From contig QCNV01000003.1 of assembly GCA_003213095.1 (NCBI GenBank), forward strand, positions 3,470 through 67,469: 64,000 nt of DNA, read 5' to 3'. Below are positions 20,468-30,105 of this stretch, piece after piece. Position 1 is the first letter of the stretch. Each line of letters starts with the position of its first letter. The notes under the pieces are model-generated. The model saw only the letters and a list, made by a program, of their open reading frames with translations, did not search any database and was not told where the DNA came from. This DNA is from SAR202 cluster bacterium AG-426-M11. GTDB lineage: Bacteria > Chloroflexota > Dehalococcoidia > Lucifugimonadales > UBA826. A program made the position numbers and the translations under genes.

Positions 20468-20478
20468 ATTAATTACAC

Positions 20479-20961
20479 CTACTCTCTAAATTTTTCATAA
20501 ACTTCTTCTTTTGTTGGAACACTATGCTTGATAAAAATATCTTTGCCATTTTTGTCAAAAAACACAAATGTTGGAATCATTTTAGTAGATATTAAGTCAC
20601 TAATATGATTCCCCACAACAGAGTGAACATCAACTCTATATAACTTGTATTCATTTCTCAATTCAGACTCTAACCTATTCACGATAGGATTCAACGTTAA
20701 GCACCCCACTCAATAATCAGAATACATATAAAGAAGATAAGGTGAACCTGAAGAGCGAATATTTTCAAAACTTTGTACAGTTGACATGTTTTCATTCGAA
20801 TTTTTTTGAATTGACTGGAATAAAACCATAACAATTAAACTTGCAAGAACAAAAACAAGTATGTATTTTGATGAAAAAAATCTTAACCCTATTAACGAAA
20901 AGACAATTAACAAAAATGCAGTTGCAAAAATTAAAGAATACTGATTAATAAGGTTATACAA
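20479..20961 (-). CDS. membrane-anchored thioredoxin-fold protein with in-frame TGA (20710..20712) at the first CxxC position; candidate selenoprotein (U-V-G-C)
   Basis: Track ORFs 20710..20961 and 20479..20709 are contiguous in one frame, separated only by TGA: ...LLYMYSDY-TGA-VGCLTLNPIV...MIPTFVFFDKNG. This aligns with Trx WCGPC and the cis-Pro PT motif. Two N-terminal TM helices. Confidence 0.6.
20674..20688 (-). other. short hairpin downstream of the in-frame UGA (possible bacterial SECIS core)
   Basis: CCUAU-CGUGA-AUAGG is a 5-bp stem whose loop starts 27 nt after the UGA and contains G/U. It is weak on its own. Confidence 0.3.
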
Positions 20962-21096
20962 ACTACTCTCATTGGTTATAACTACAATTTTAGTCTATAT
21001 TTCAGAAAATTTTGTGTCAATCAACCCATCTGTTAACATACCAAATCTCAGAACATCTCTGAGAATCAATTAATTAAATTATAGAAGGATTTAACC

Positions 21097-22011
21097 ATGT
21101 CTGATAAAGCATTAAGAGTAAGTTATGGAGAATATACCTACGAAAGTGTTCCGGAATGGGCTCCTTTACCTAAAGGATGGGAATGGAATCATGTAGTTGG
21201 CGTTGCTGTAGATAATGAAGATAGAATTTTTGCATATAACAGAAGTGAACATCCCATAATAGTTTTAGATAAATCTGGAAAAATTCTTGATTCTTGGGGT
21301 GAAGGTCAATTCACAAGGGCTCATCATATAGAAATTGGCCCAGATGGTTCAATTTGGACAACAGATGTAGGAGACCATACAGTCAGAAAATGGACTATAG
21401 ACGGTAAACAATTAATGATTCTAGGAACTCCAAATGAACCATCCGTAGAGCAAAGTGGAGAACCTTTTAATCAACCTACAGATATTGCTTTTGGATTAGA
21501 CGGATCTATATATATTTCAGATGGATATGGCAATTCCAGAGTCCATCATTACTCACCTCAAGGAAAATTAATCAGATCATGGGGAGAAAGAGGTACAGGA
21601 CCTGGTCAATTTATGCTCCCTCATGGAGTAGCCGTAGACCCAACTGGACTTGTGTACGTGTGTGATAGAGAAAACAATAGAATTCAAATTTTCACACCTG
21701 AAGGGCAATATGTTTCCCACTGGAAAGGCGTACATAGACCTAACCAAATTGTTTTAGGTAATGATGGAGCAGCATTTGTTTCAGAATTGGGACATCGCCA
21801 AGGTACTAAAGTTACTCCAAACTTAGTTTCTCCAAATTCAGGAGTAAAAATCTTAACCAAAACAGGACAATGGCTAGGTGGTTGGGGACAAAGTACAAGA
21901 GAACATGGAGATATTATGGCCGCTCATGCTTTGGGAATTGATTCTGAAGGAAGCCTATATGTAGGGGAAACATTAGAAGGCGCAAGAATGCAAAAGTTCA
22001 TTAGAGTATAA
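21097..22011 (+). CDS. NHL-repeat beta-propeller protein (peptidyl-alpha-hydroxyglycine lyase-like)
   Basis: Repeated blades (V..D.......D....R...F...G.....WG), e.g. PTDIAFGLDGSIYISDGYGNSRVHHY and PHGVAVDPTGLVYVCDRENNRIQIF. Confidence 0.6.
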   Translation: MSDKALRVSYGEYTYESVPEWAPLPKGWEWNHVVGVAVDNEDRIFAYNRSEHPIIVLDKSGKILDSWGEGQFTRAHHIEIGPDGSIWTTDVGDHTVRKWTIDGKQLMILGTPNEPSVEQSGEPFNQPTDIAFGLDGSIYISDGYGNSRVHHYSPQGKLIRSWGERGTGPGQFMLPHGVAVDPTGLVYVCDRENNRIQIFTPEGQYVSHWKGVHRPNQIVLGNDGAAFVSELGHRQGTKVTPNLVSPNSGVKILTKTGQWLGGWGQSTREHGDIMAAHALGIDSEGSLYVGETLEGARMQKFIRV

Positions 22012-22046
22012 AAAAGAGCCCATATAATGGACTCTTTTTATTTTTT
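22011..22046. terminator. bidirectional intrinsic terminator between convergent genes
   Basis: AAAAAGAGCCCAT-ATA-ATGGACTCTTTTTATTTTTT is a 9-bp stem with one mismatch, flanked by an A-run and a T-run. Confidence 0.6.
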
Positions 22047-25000
22047 GCGAAACACCTTAGGTAAAGTGGAATGCATAAACTCGTAAGCTATGGGCACGAT
22101 TAGTAAGGTCAAAAAGGTAGAACTTGCCAATCCACCAATTACAACAGTAGCCAAATCTTCACCTATAATTCCGCCACCCTCATTGCCGACAAATGCCGCC
22201 AAAGGAAGTAAGGCCAAACCAGTAGTAAAGGCTGTCATCAATATAGGCCTTAATCTCACCAATCCTCCTTCAACAAGAGCTTCTCTTACTGAAAAATTAT
22301 CGTCACGTAACTGTTGAACAAATGCAATCAAAACAATCGCATTTGTTACAACTAAACCAATAAGTAACAACAATCCCATCATTGCCGGTAAACCTAAAGA
22401 TCGGCCTGTGATAGCTAAGCCAACAAATGCACCAATACTAGCTAAAGGCAAACTAAGTAAAATCACTAAAGAATCCCTCAAAGATCCCAAACTACCTGAA
22501 ACTACCAAAAACACCAGAACTATACTTATGGCCATTGCCAAAAATATATCTTGAAACCCTTCAGCAATATCTGAAAAAATTCCACCCGTTTTAATTTCTA
22601 TTCCATTAGGTAATTCAATAGCATCTATTTCTGCATCTATCGCCATTTGAACAGAACGTGAATCCTCATTGGTGATTTTTCCCGTAATAGTAGCTGAACG
22701 ATTTGTGTCTGTTCTAGCAATAGTAATAGGAGATTCCACTCTGTTCATAGTAACTAACTCACCTATTGTTGCAGATCCTAAAGGACCGTTAATAGATAAA
22801 TTATTGAAACCCTGAAAAGGATCTTGAGCACCATACATAGAAGAAGTAATTAATTTTAATTTCAAATTCACTTCTTCATTATTTAACATTAAATCCCCTA
22901 AATCTTGTCCTTTCATAGGGGCACTGATTGCTATAGCTACCTCTTGAGGTGTCATACCAATAGTTGAAGCAATTGCTGAATTTACAACCAAATTCATCTC
23001 TGGTCTTGTTCCAGTTAAATCTGATTCAATATTATCAACTCCATCTAAGCTTCTTAGAGCTACCAATAATTCATTGTTCACTCTAGATAAGTCCTCTAAA
23101 TCATTACCTACTATTTTTACTTCTACTCCAGGTTGAGGAGGACCAGCTGCATTTAATTCTTCAAATTCATATTGAGTTCCATAACTCTCTGAAGGGAATT
23201 GGTTAGTTAGTATTTCTGCTACATCATCAGGAGCTTCAGAAGTAAGCCTAACGAATATACTAGCAAAACCTCCTACCTCATCAGGATTAGAAAAAACGCC
23301 TGAACCACCTATTGTGGTAACAAAGTTTTCTATCTCACCTCTATCAAGTCTAGATTTCAATTCTTTCTCTAAATCTAAAACTTTAGATAGTTTTTGTTCT
23401 TCGGTAAGTATCGGTGGAACTGAAATATCTACTGCCAAAATCCTTGCTGGACCTGTAGGAAAAAGAGTGACAGGAATCAACCCTAATGCAGGCAAAGAAA
23501 CGCTACCTGCAGTGAGTATCAAAGCTATAAAAATAGTAATAATTTTATGTTGTAAAGACCAAATGAGTGCGGGTTTATAAATCCTTTGTAGAAAAGATAA
23601 ACTATTACCAGTTTTCTCAGTATCTTGAACCATATCCCCAGGTCTCAAAATAGCTGCACCTACTACCGGAACAAAAGTAATCGAAACAATTAAAGAAGCA
23701 AACAATGCTGAAGAAACAGCTATACAAAAAGGTAAAAAGAAGGAGCCTACTAAACCTTGAATGAATGCAAGAGGAGCAAAAACAACTATTGTAGCTAGTG
23801 TTGAAGATGTAATAGCAGCTGCTACTTCTTTTGTAGCAGATAAAGCGGCATCAAATTTTGATTCACCCATTTGCATATGCCGATAAACATTTTCTAAAAC
23901 AACAATACTATCGTCAACAACTCGTCCAACAGCTAAAGCTAAACCGCCTAACGTCATCACATTAAGAGTTAGATCTGTAAAGCCCATAATCAATACACCA
24001 CCTAAAATACTTACAGGAATGGTTAAAGCAATAACTAAGGTGGGTCTCAATGATAATGCTAAACCTTTCATCAAACCTGGTTTAATATTTAACAAAAATA
24101 TAAATACTCCACCAACAGCAAACAAGAATCCATAAATTCCTTCACTGAATAAAGTTTGTAATTGACTTTCTATGTCAGGACCTGCGTTATAAATAACTAC
24201 AGTATCTAACCCTGATTTTTCAGCCTGAGAATTGGCAGAATTTAAAACTGCTTGAGTCACATCCACAGTATTAGCTTCTGGATCCTTAAATACACTGACT
24301 CCTACACTAGGGTTACCATTTGTCCTTGAAATAGAATTTGATGAAGATGGAATTCTGGAAATTGTAGCAACATCTTTTAACAAAACAGGGTTTCCATCCC
24401 TAGATCCAATAGCTATATTCTGTAAATCTTCTAAAGTAGATACAGAATGAGATGTTCTTAGTGAAACCACACCTGTTCCGTCGAAAATAAATCCTGAAGA
24501 CATTGAAAAATTCATTTCGTCAAAAATTTCAGAAATTTTATCTAAACTAATATCATTTTGATAAAGGGATTCTGTATCTGCATTTACATTTACATCAAAT
24601 TTCTGAATTCCACTTATAACAACGTCACTCACTCCATCAATTGATGAAATAGATGGTTCAATTTCTTTAGAAACTATCTCTTGTAATGAATTAATATCAC
24701 CTTCAGTAATAAAACTAAATTCTAGAACTGCTTGTGCACCAGGGTCTAATTTATTTACAGTTGGAGTTTCAACGTTGCTCGGTAAATCCATAGAAACCAA
24801 CCGAGATTCAACTTCTTTTTTCGCAATGTCCATATCAATACCATAGTCATAAAACATCAATAGCAATGTGGAGCCCTCAAAAGTAATCGATTGTACAGAA
24901 TTTAATCCTTCAAGACCTGAAACTTGATTCTCCAATGGTTCAGTTACGTATTGAACTACGTCTTCAGAACCAGCATTTGGGTACGCAGCACTTACTGTTA

Positions 25001-25148
25001 ATAACGGAAATTGAACTCTAGGCAAAACTTCTACAGGTAACTGACTAAATGTAAAAATCCCATAACCTAGCACTAACAAAAATGCCAAAATAGTTACCGA
25101 CGCTCTTTTTAATGCCAAATCAGTAAAGTAAGTCATTGAACTCCTCAA
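22038..25148 (-). CDS. RND efflux transporter permease (AcrB/HAE family)
   Basis: 1036 aa with the 12-TM/2-large-loop RND layout. N-terminus F..LALKRASVTILAFLL..GYG; conserved GLALAVGRVVDDSIVVLENV segment. Confidence 0.9.
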   Translation of the reverse strand: MRSSMTYFTDLALKRASVTILAFLLVLGYGIFTFSQLPVEVLPRVQFPLLTVSAAYPNAGSEDVVQYVTEPLENQVSGLEGLNSVQSITFEGSTLLLMFYDYGIDMDIAKKEVESRLVSMDLPSNVETPTVNKLDPGAQAVLEFSFITEGDINSLQEIVSKEIEPSISSIDGVSDVVISGIQKFDVNVNADTESLYQNDISLDKISEIFDEMNFSMSSGFIFDGTGVVSLRTSHSVSTLEDLQNIAIGSRDGNPVLLKDVATISRIPSSSNSISRTNGNPSVGVSVFKDPEANTVDVTQAVLNSANSQAEKSGLDTVVIYNAGPDIESQLQTLFSEGIYGFLFAVGGVFIFLLNIKPGLMKGLALSLRPTLVIALTIPVSILGGVLIMGFTDLTLNVMTLGGLALAVGRVVDDSIVVLENVYRHMQMGESKFDAALSATKEVAAAITSSTLATIVVFAPLAFIQGLVGSFFLPFCIAVSSALFASLIVSITFVPVVGAAILRPGDMVQDTEKTGNSLSFLQRIYKPALIWSLQHKIITIFIALILTAGSVSLPALGLIPVTLFPTGPARILAVDISVPPILTEEQKLSKVLDLEKELKSRLDRGEIENFVTTIGGSGVFSNPDEVGGFASIFVRLTSEAPDDVAEILTNQFPSESYGTQYEFEELNAAGPPQPGVEVKIVGNDLEDLSRVNNELLVALRSLDGVDNIESDLTGTRPEMNLVVNSAIASTIGMTPQEVAIAISAPMKGQDLGDLMLNNEEVNLKLKLITSSMYGAQDPFQGFNNLSINGPLGSATIGELVTMNRVESPITIARTDTNRSATITGKITNEDSRSVQMAIDAEIDAIELPNGIEIKTGGIFSDIAEGFQDIFLAMAISIVLVFLVVSGSLGSLRDSLVILLSLPLASIGAFVGLAITGRSLGLPAMMGLLLLIGLVVTNAIVLIAFVQQLRDDNFSVREALVEGGLVRLRPILMTAFTTGLALLPLAAFVGNEGGGIIGEDLATVVIGGLASSTFLTLLIVPIAYEFMHSTLPKVFRKK

Positions 25149-25194
25149 TAAAAAATATTTTTAGGAACATTATGGTGTTATAAATTATATGTGA

Positions 25195-25695
25195 TCATGA
25201 ATGAAAATTATAAGACTTTAAATGCGTCAAAAAATAATTCAATGCTTTTTCAGTAAAAATAAACATATTTTGTTCTCTGTTTGAAATTCCTGATTCTAAA
25301 GTCATAGATTCGGTAATAGGGCCTACAATCCCGAAACATGAATGCCCAGCAGAATCTCCATAACTATTTCCAGTAGGGCCAGCCGCACCTGTTTCACTTA
25401 AAGCCCAATGAGAATTTAATTTTTCTTTAATTTTTCTTGCATAAAGCAACGCACATTCTTCAGTAGATGATCTGATTCCAATTCGGTCATCATCAGTTAT
25501 ACCTAACAAAGAGTTCTGAGAACTTTTTGTATAAACTACTGCTCCGCCTAGGAAATAAGCCGAGGATCCTGGAATAGCTAATAAAGAAGAAGAAATTAAC
25601 CCTGCTGAAGATGATTCAGCAACTGATATTGTTTGTTGATTATCTTTCAATATTTGACCAATGTCTGAAGATATTTTAAGAATTTCTGAATTCAT
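25195..25695 (-). CDS. CinA C-terminal-type nicotinamide-nucleotide amidohydrolase (PncC-like)
   Basis: ISVAESSSAGLISSSLLAIPGSSAYFLGGAVVYT and SETGAAGP motifs of the CinA/PncC domain. Confidence 0.8.
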   Translation of the reverse strand: MNSEILKISSDIGQILKDNQQTISVAESSSAGLISSSLLAIPGSSAYFLGGAVVYTKSSQNSLLGITDDDRIGIRSSTEECALLYARKIKEKLNSHWALSETGAAGPTGNSYGDSAGHSCFGIVGPITESMTLESGISNREQNMFIFTEKALNYFLTHLKSYNFHS

Positions 25696-25715
25696 TTTTC
25701 CTCCTAATGTGGATA

Positions 25716-26081
25716 TTATTTTACCCGGATTACTTGAAAATCAACTTTTCCATTCTGAACTAAATTTCTGATTTTACGTTGTTTCGTAGTTAAATCACTA
25801 TTTCCTGATTTAAATTCTATTAATATAATTTGATCTTCCTCAAATTGAATACCATCAATTGGAGTTCCCAAAAACCTAAATTGCTTAGAATCCCATGGAA
25901 AAACAGAGTGCAAAGGAATAAATTGTTCTGAAATTTGACCAAATTTCACTGATTGGCTTCTAAGTTTTCTCTTGTAAGAAATAATTATTTTAGAAAAAAA
26001 GTACAAGAAAACCAAACTAACTGAAAGTACGCTTATAAAAATAATCAATAATAATTCTACCAAGGAAAGATGAATCTCCAT
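25716..26081 (-). CDS. membrane-anchored endonuclease related to archaeal Holliday-junction resolvase (COG4741-like)
   Basis: N-terminal TM helix, then GQISEQFIPLH..FPWD...FRFLGTPIDGIQFEE..IILIEFKSG.S.LT.KQ..IR. This follows the E..D..E.K nuclease-fold pattern as I recall the family. Confidence 0.45.
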   Translation of the reverse strand: MEIHLSLVELLLIIFISVLSVSLVFLYFFSKIIISYKRKLRSQSVKFGQISEQFIPLHSVFPWDSKQFRFLGTPIDGIQFEEDQIILIEFKSGNSDLTTKQRKIRNLVQNGKVDFQVIRVK

Positions 26082-26102
26082 ATCACCTCCGGATCAGAGA
26101 GA

Positions 26103-27284
26103 TTAGAAATTTAATACATTTTGAGAAATGGAATCTCCAAATTCTTTAATTTGCCATTTTCGAACTTCTGGTTGTTCAAATTCTTGTTCAAATAATTCAG
26201 GGGATCGTGACAATCTTGACAAACTTGATGTAGGCCAAAGAAGACTGGGGTCTAATTTTAATTCTTGACCTAAACTTTTTCTCCAGTCCTTTAATTGCTT
26301 AAGCCTAATATTGGCCTGTTCTCTTTGTTTGTTTGAAAACCCTTTCTGTCTTTGTTTATTTTTTTGAGGTCTAAATTGTGGATCCATTTTTCGGCCATTT
26401 TCAATCACTTCCTTCAGGCGTTGTATATTCGGCTTACTTGCCCAATACCCTATTCCTGAAATTTCGGAAAAATTCTGATTAGGGTCTCTAGCAATTTCCA
26501 CTAATACTGAATCGGAAAGAATTTTAAAAGGCGGTCTGTCTTTACTTATAGCCTCATCTTCACGAAACTCAAATAAACATTTCAATATAGCCAAACTTCT
26601 AGGGTTTAAATCAATACTCCCTTTTACATCAAAAAAAGCGTTAGATTCATTTTTGGCCTGAAATTTGATATTAGACAATCTAACGCACTCTTCTTTCACC
26701 CATTCTAATCTTGATAATTCTGATAATTTATTTTCCATAACTTTTCTAGTTTTATTAAGGTATAAAACATCATCCGCAGCGTATTCTATAGATTCATCAG
26801 GAAGGGGCCTAATTGTCCAATCACTTCTTTGAAATTTCTTATCTTTTTTAATCTCAATTTGAACATACTCATTCAATATCGAATCTAAACCTAATTTTTC
26901 AGAACCTAAAAAAGCAGCACCAATACTAGTGTCAAAAACATTTTTGAAAATAAAAGAATAATCTCTGTTCAAACTACGAATATCATAATCCCCAGCATGA
27001 AAAATTTTAGTTATTCTAGAATTCTCAAAAATCCTACTCAATTCCATTAGATCATCAATTTCTAATGGATCTATGATATGAGCCTGGTCATCAAAAGAAA
27101 CTTGGATCAAACATACTCTCTCTGGATATCTAAAAAATCCATTACCTTCAATATCAATACTCAAATGTTTTTTAGATAGTGCGTTTGATACCAGCTTATT
27201 CAAAGCTTCTTTAGTAGCAATCGTATTAATAGATTGATTTGGTTTAATTGTTTTTTCGGTAATCAAGTTAGAAAAAGTATACAT
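26103..27284 (-). CDS. rnd: ribonuclease D
   Basis: DEDD 3'-5' exonuclease motifs (SIDIEGNGF, HAGDYDIRSL, YAADDVLYL) followed by an HRDC-like region. Confidence 0.8.
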   Translation of the reverse strand: MYTFSNLITEKTIKPNQSINTIATKEALNKLVSNALSKKHLSIDIEGNGFFRYPERVCLIQVSFDDQAHIIDPLEIDDLMELSRIFENSRITKIFHAGDYDIRSLNRDYSFIFKNVFDTSIGAAFLGSEKLGLDSILNEYVQIEIKKDKKFQRSDWTIRPLPDESIEYAADDVLYLNKTRKVMENKLSELSRLEWVKEECVRLSNIKFQAKNESNAFFDVKGSIDLNPRSLAILKCLFEFREDEAISKDRPPFKILSDSVLVEIARDPNQNFSEISGIGYWASKPNIQRLKEVIENGRKMDPQFRPQKNKQRQKGFSNKQREQANIRLKQLKDWRKSLGQELKLDPSLLWPTSSLSRLSRSPELFEQEFEQPEVRKWQIKEFGDSISQNVLNF

Positions 27285-27382
27285 GAAGAGTGTTAATTTA
27301 TTTGCAGAAATTATCTAAATTAGGTAACTTTCTTTAAATTCATCATTAGCAGATACTTTCACATGAAATACAAGGAAAAACC

Positions 27383-28507
27383 ATGAAAATAAAAAATATC
27401 AAAGTTAATAGAATCAAAAGCCCTCAGGAAAATAATGCTAGACCTTTTGTAGGTAGGCCAGGAAAATTACTTTTGCAAATAGAAACCGAGGATGGGGTCA
27501 CTGGAATTGCAGAAGCTGGAAGAAACTTAAAAATTATTCAAGCATACTTAGATGAGCTAATTAATCCTTTACTTAAAGGGTTAGATGCAACAAGGCCTAG
27601 GCAAATTTGGGAAATGTTAACTTTTGGACATGGTCAATATGCCACAAAATTCCCTTCACAAATCGTTGGTGCAATAGATATTGCACTTTGGGATATTTCC
27701 GGAAAATCTGCAAATTTACCTATCTATCAATTGTTAGGAGGGGCATCTAGAACCGAAATCCCATTATATTGGAGTAGAGGAAATGGATGGAGCAAAACAC
27801 CTGAAGAAATGCTAGAAGAAGTACAAGAAGGCTATAACAAAGGATACAGAGCATTTAAAGTCAGAATGGACTGGCGAAGTTATAGACAAGACTCAAATCC
27901 AGAAAAAGATTTTGCAATTTTCAAAAAATGTCGTGAATGGCTACCTGATGATTGTCCATTAAGCTTTGATGCAAATTGTGGATACTCTGTCCCTACAGCT
28001 ATAGAACAGGGAAGAAAATTTGAAGAAATAGGAATAGCACATTTTGAGGAACCTCTTCCTGAATATGATTACCCAGGATTAAAACAGGTAGTAGATGCTC
28101 TAGATTGTGCTGTATCCACAGGTGAACAAGAAACCTCTCCCTGGAAATTCAGAGATTTAATTAATCTAGGAAACCCAGACATACTACAACCAGACATTTT
28201 AAATATTGGTGGACTATCTGGAATGATGCGCGTATACGAATTAGCAGTTTTGCACAATAAAATTCTTATGCCACATGCTCCTTATTCAGGTGCAAACTCA
28301 ACTGCTAGCTTACACCTGTATTCAACTATTTCAAATGCCGTACGACCTCACGAAATGTCTGAAGAATTTACGGGTCCAGTAGAACAAGTTGCAAGTCTTT
28401 TTCAAGAACCAATACTCCCGGAAAACGGAAAAATTAGCCTTCCAAACAGACCCGGATTAGGACTAGAAATTGATGATAAAGAATTTCAAAAAATGCTAGA
28501 TGAATAA
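27383..28507 (+). CDS. enolase-superfamily enzyme (MR/MLE family), paralogue of 6148..7248
   Basis: AIDIALWDISGK, KVRMD, SFDANCGY, HFEEPLP and STGEQE metal/catalytic segments. Confidence 0.8.
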   Translation: MKIKNIKVNRIKSPQENNARPFVGRPGKLLLQIETEDGVTGIAEAGRNLKIIQAYLDELINPLLKGLDATRPRQIWEMLTFGHGQYATKFPSQIVGAIDIALWDISGKSANLPIYQLLGGASRTEIPLYWSRGNGWSKTPEEMLEEVQEGYNKGYRAFKVRMDWRSYRQDSNPEKDFAIFKKCREWLPDDCPLSFDANCGYSVPTAIEQGRKFEEIGIAHFEEPLPEYDYPGLKQVVDALDCAVSTGEQETSPWKFRDLINLGNPDILQPDILNIGGLSGMMRVYELAVLHNKILMPHAPYSGANSTASLHLYSTISNAVRPHEMSEEFTGPVEQVASLFQEPILPENGKISLPNRPGLGLEIDDKEFQKMLDE

Positions 28508-28527
28508 TACAAATAAGGTGTTAAACA

Positions 28528-30093
28528 ATGAAATACGACACAATTATTATTGGGGCTGGATCTGCGGGATCAATTTTAGCGACTAGATTAAGTGAAGATC
28601 TCAATAAATCCATACTATTACTAGAAGCTGGACCAGACTATCCTGATATAGATTCTTTACCTGACGAAGTAAAATTTGGGTACGCAACTGGAACTGAAAT
28701 TTCTACTAGTGACCATAATTGGCAATATATTGCTAGAGCAACAGATGACGCTGAAATAGATGTTCCACGAGGAAAAGTTACAGGTGGCTCAAGTGCTATC
28801 AACGGCCAAATATTTCTCAGAGGTATTCCGGAAGACTATGATAATTGGGCTGAAATGGGAAACAATTTATGGGACTATCAACAAATCCTTCCCTATTTAA
28901 ACAAAATTGAAACAGATACTACATTTCAAGATAATCCCGGAGATTTTCATGGTAATTCTGGTCCAATAATTTGTCATAGATTTCCTAGAAGTACTTGGCT
29001 ACCAGGATCCAATGCATTTGAAAAAGCATGCCTAGATGCAGGGCATCCTTATTGTGAAGATGCTAACGCACCAGGGAGTACTGGTGTAGGGCCCTTGCCT
29101 TTAAACAATCCAAATGGAATCAGATGGTCAACTGCCATTGGATATTTAGGGCTATCTAGACATAGATTAAATTTAACAATTAAGCCAAATGTTGATGTAA
29201 AAAAAATTATATTTGATACAAATGGAAAATGCCCAAAAGCAATTGGCGTTGAAGTAGTTTCTCAGGGAGAAACTTTTTTCATCGAAGGAGAAAACATAAT
29301 TCTCAGTGCAGGTGCAGTAGTCTCACCTCAAATTCTCATGCTATCTGGTATCGGCCCTAAAACTCATTTGTCTGAACATAATATAGACACAATAAAAGAC
29401 CTTCCAGGAGTAGGGCAAAATTTAGCAGACCACCCAATGCTTTATGTGACTTGGGAAACCAAACCAGAAATAGATTTAGACCCCTTAGGGCCGAGAATTC
29501 AATTAACTTTAAGATATACTGCTGAAAATTCTGAACTTGAAAACGACATGATTGTATACATGATGGCTGTAGCAAGCGATAGGCCAGAAAGAGGGGGATT
29601 GAGATCTAATCCAATAGGTATGCAAGCAAACTTATGTATCAATCTTGCCAAAGGAAAAGGAGAAGTTAAGCTCAATTCTTCTAATTACCAAGATCAACCC
29701 TACTTAGATTACAACTACCTTGAAGAAACAGACGACATAGAACGTTTCAAACATGGAATCAAAATGCTTGTAGATCTAGAAAAACACCCGGAAATGGAAA
29801 AAATGATTAAAAAAAGAATTACACCAACAAATCAAGATTTAGAATCAGATGAGACGCTAATCTCTTGGATGAAAAAGGATATAACTACAGGTCATCATAT
29901 TTCATGCACTAACAAAATGGGGCCGAAATCAGACCAAATGTCTGTAGTAGATCAATTTGGTAAAGTACATGGAGTAGATAATCTGAGAGTAGTAGACGCC
30001 TCTATCATGCCTGAATGTGTCAGAGCAAACATAAATGTAACAGTTATGGCTATCGCCGAACGAATAGCAGATTTTATAAAAACAGATCAATAA
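28528..30093 (+). CDS. GMC-family FAD oxidoreductase (choline dehydrogenase-like)
   Basis: YDTIIIGAGSAGSILATRLSED Rossmann motif, GGSSAINGQIF GMC signature 1, and C-terminal HH.SCTNKMG / VVDASIMP. Confidence 0.85.
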   Translation: MKYDTIIIGAGSAGSILATRLSEDLNKSILLLEAGPDYPDIDSLPDEVKFGYATGTEISTSDHNWQYIARATDDAEIDVPRGKVTGGSSAINGQIFLRGIPEDYDNWAEMGNNLWDYQQILPYLNKIETDTTFQDNPGDFHGNSGPIICHRFPRSTWLPGSNAFEKACLDAGHPYCEDANAPGSTGVGPLPLNNPNGIRWSTAIGYLGLSRHRLNLTIKPNVDVKKIIFDTNGKCPKAIGVEVVSQGETFFIEGENIILSAGAVVSPQILMLSGIGPKTHLSEHNIDTIKDLPGVGQNLADHPMLYVTWETKPEIDLDPLGPRIQLTLRYTAENSELENDMIVYMMAVASDRPERGGLRSNPIGMQANLCINLAKGKGEVKLNSSNYQDQPYLDYNYLEETDDIERFKHGIKMLVDLEKHPEMEKMIKKRITPTNQDLESDETLISWMKKDITTGHHISCTNKMGPKSDQMSVVDQFGKVHGVDNLRVVDASIMPECVRANINVTVMAIAERIADFIKTDQ

Positions 30094-30105
30094 CAAGGAG
30101 TGCAA

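Noticed and set aside
20710-20712. Genome-wide TGA reassignment (to Trp or Gly) as the explanation for the in-frame TGA.
   Set aside because: TGA clearly terminates other well-conserved genes here, for example lexA at 35412..35414 and the 17494..17814 gene. No other gene shows internal TGA codons.
21046-21064. The hairpin TCTCAGA-ACATC-TCTGAGA upstream of the NHL-repeat gene, considered as a regulatory element.
   Set aside because: It is a 7-bp stem with no flanking U-run and no recognisable motif. It may be a 5'-UTR structure, but there is nothing to support a specific call.
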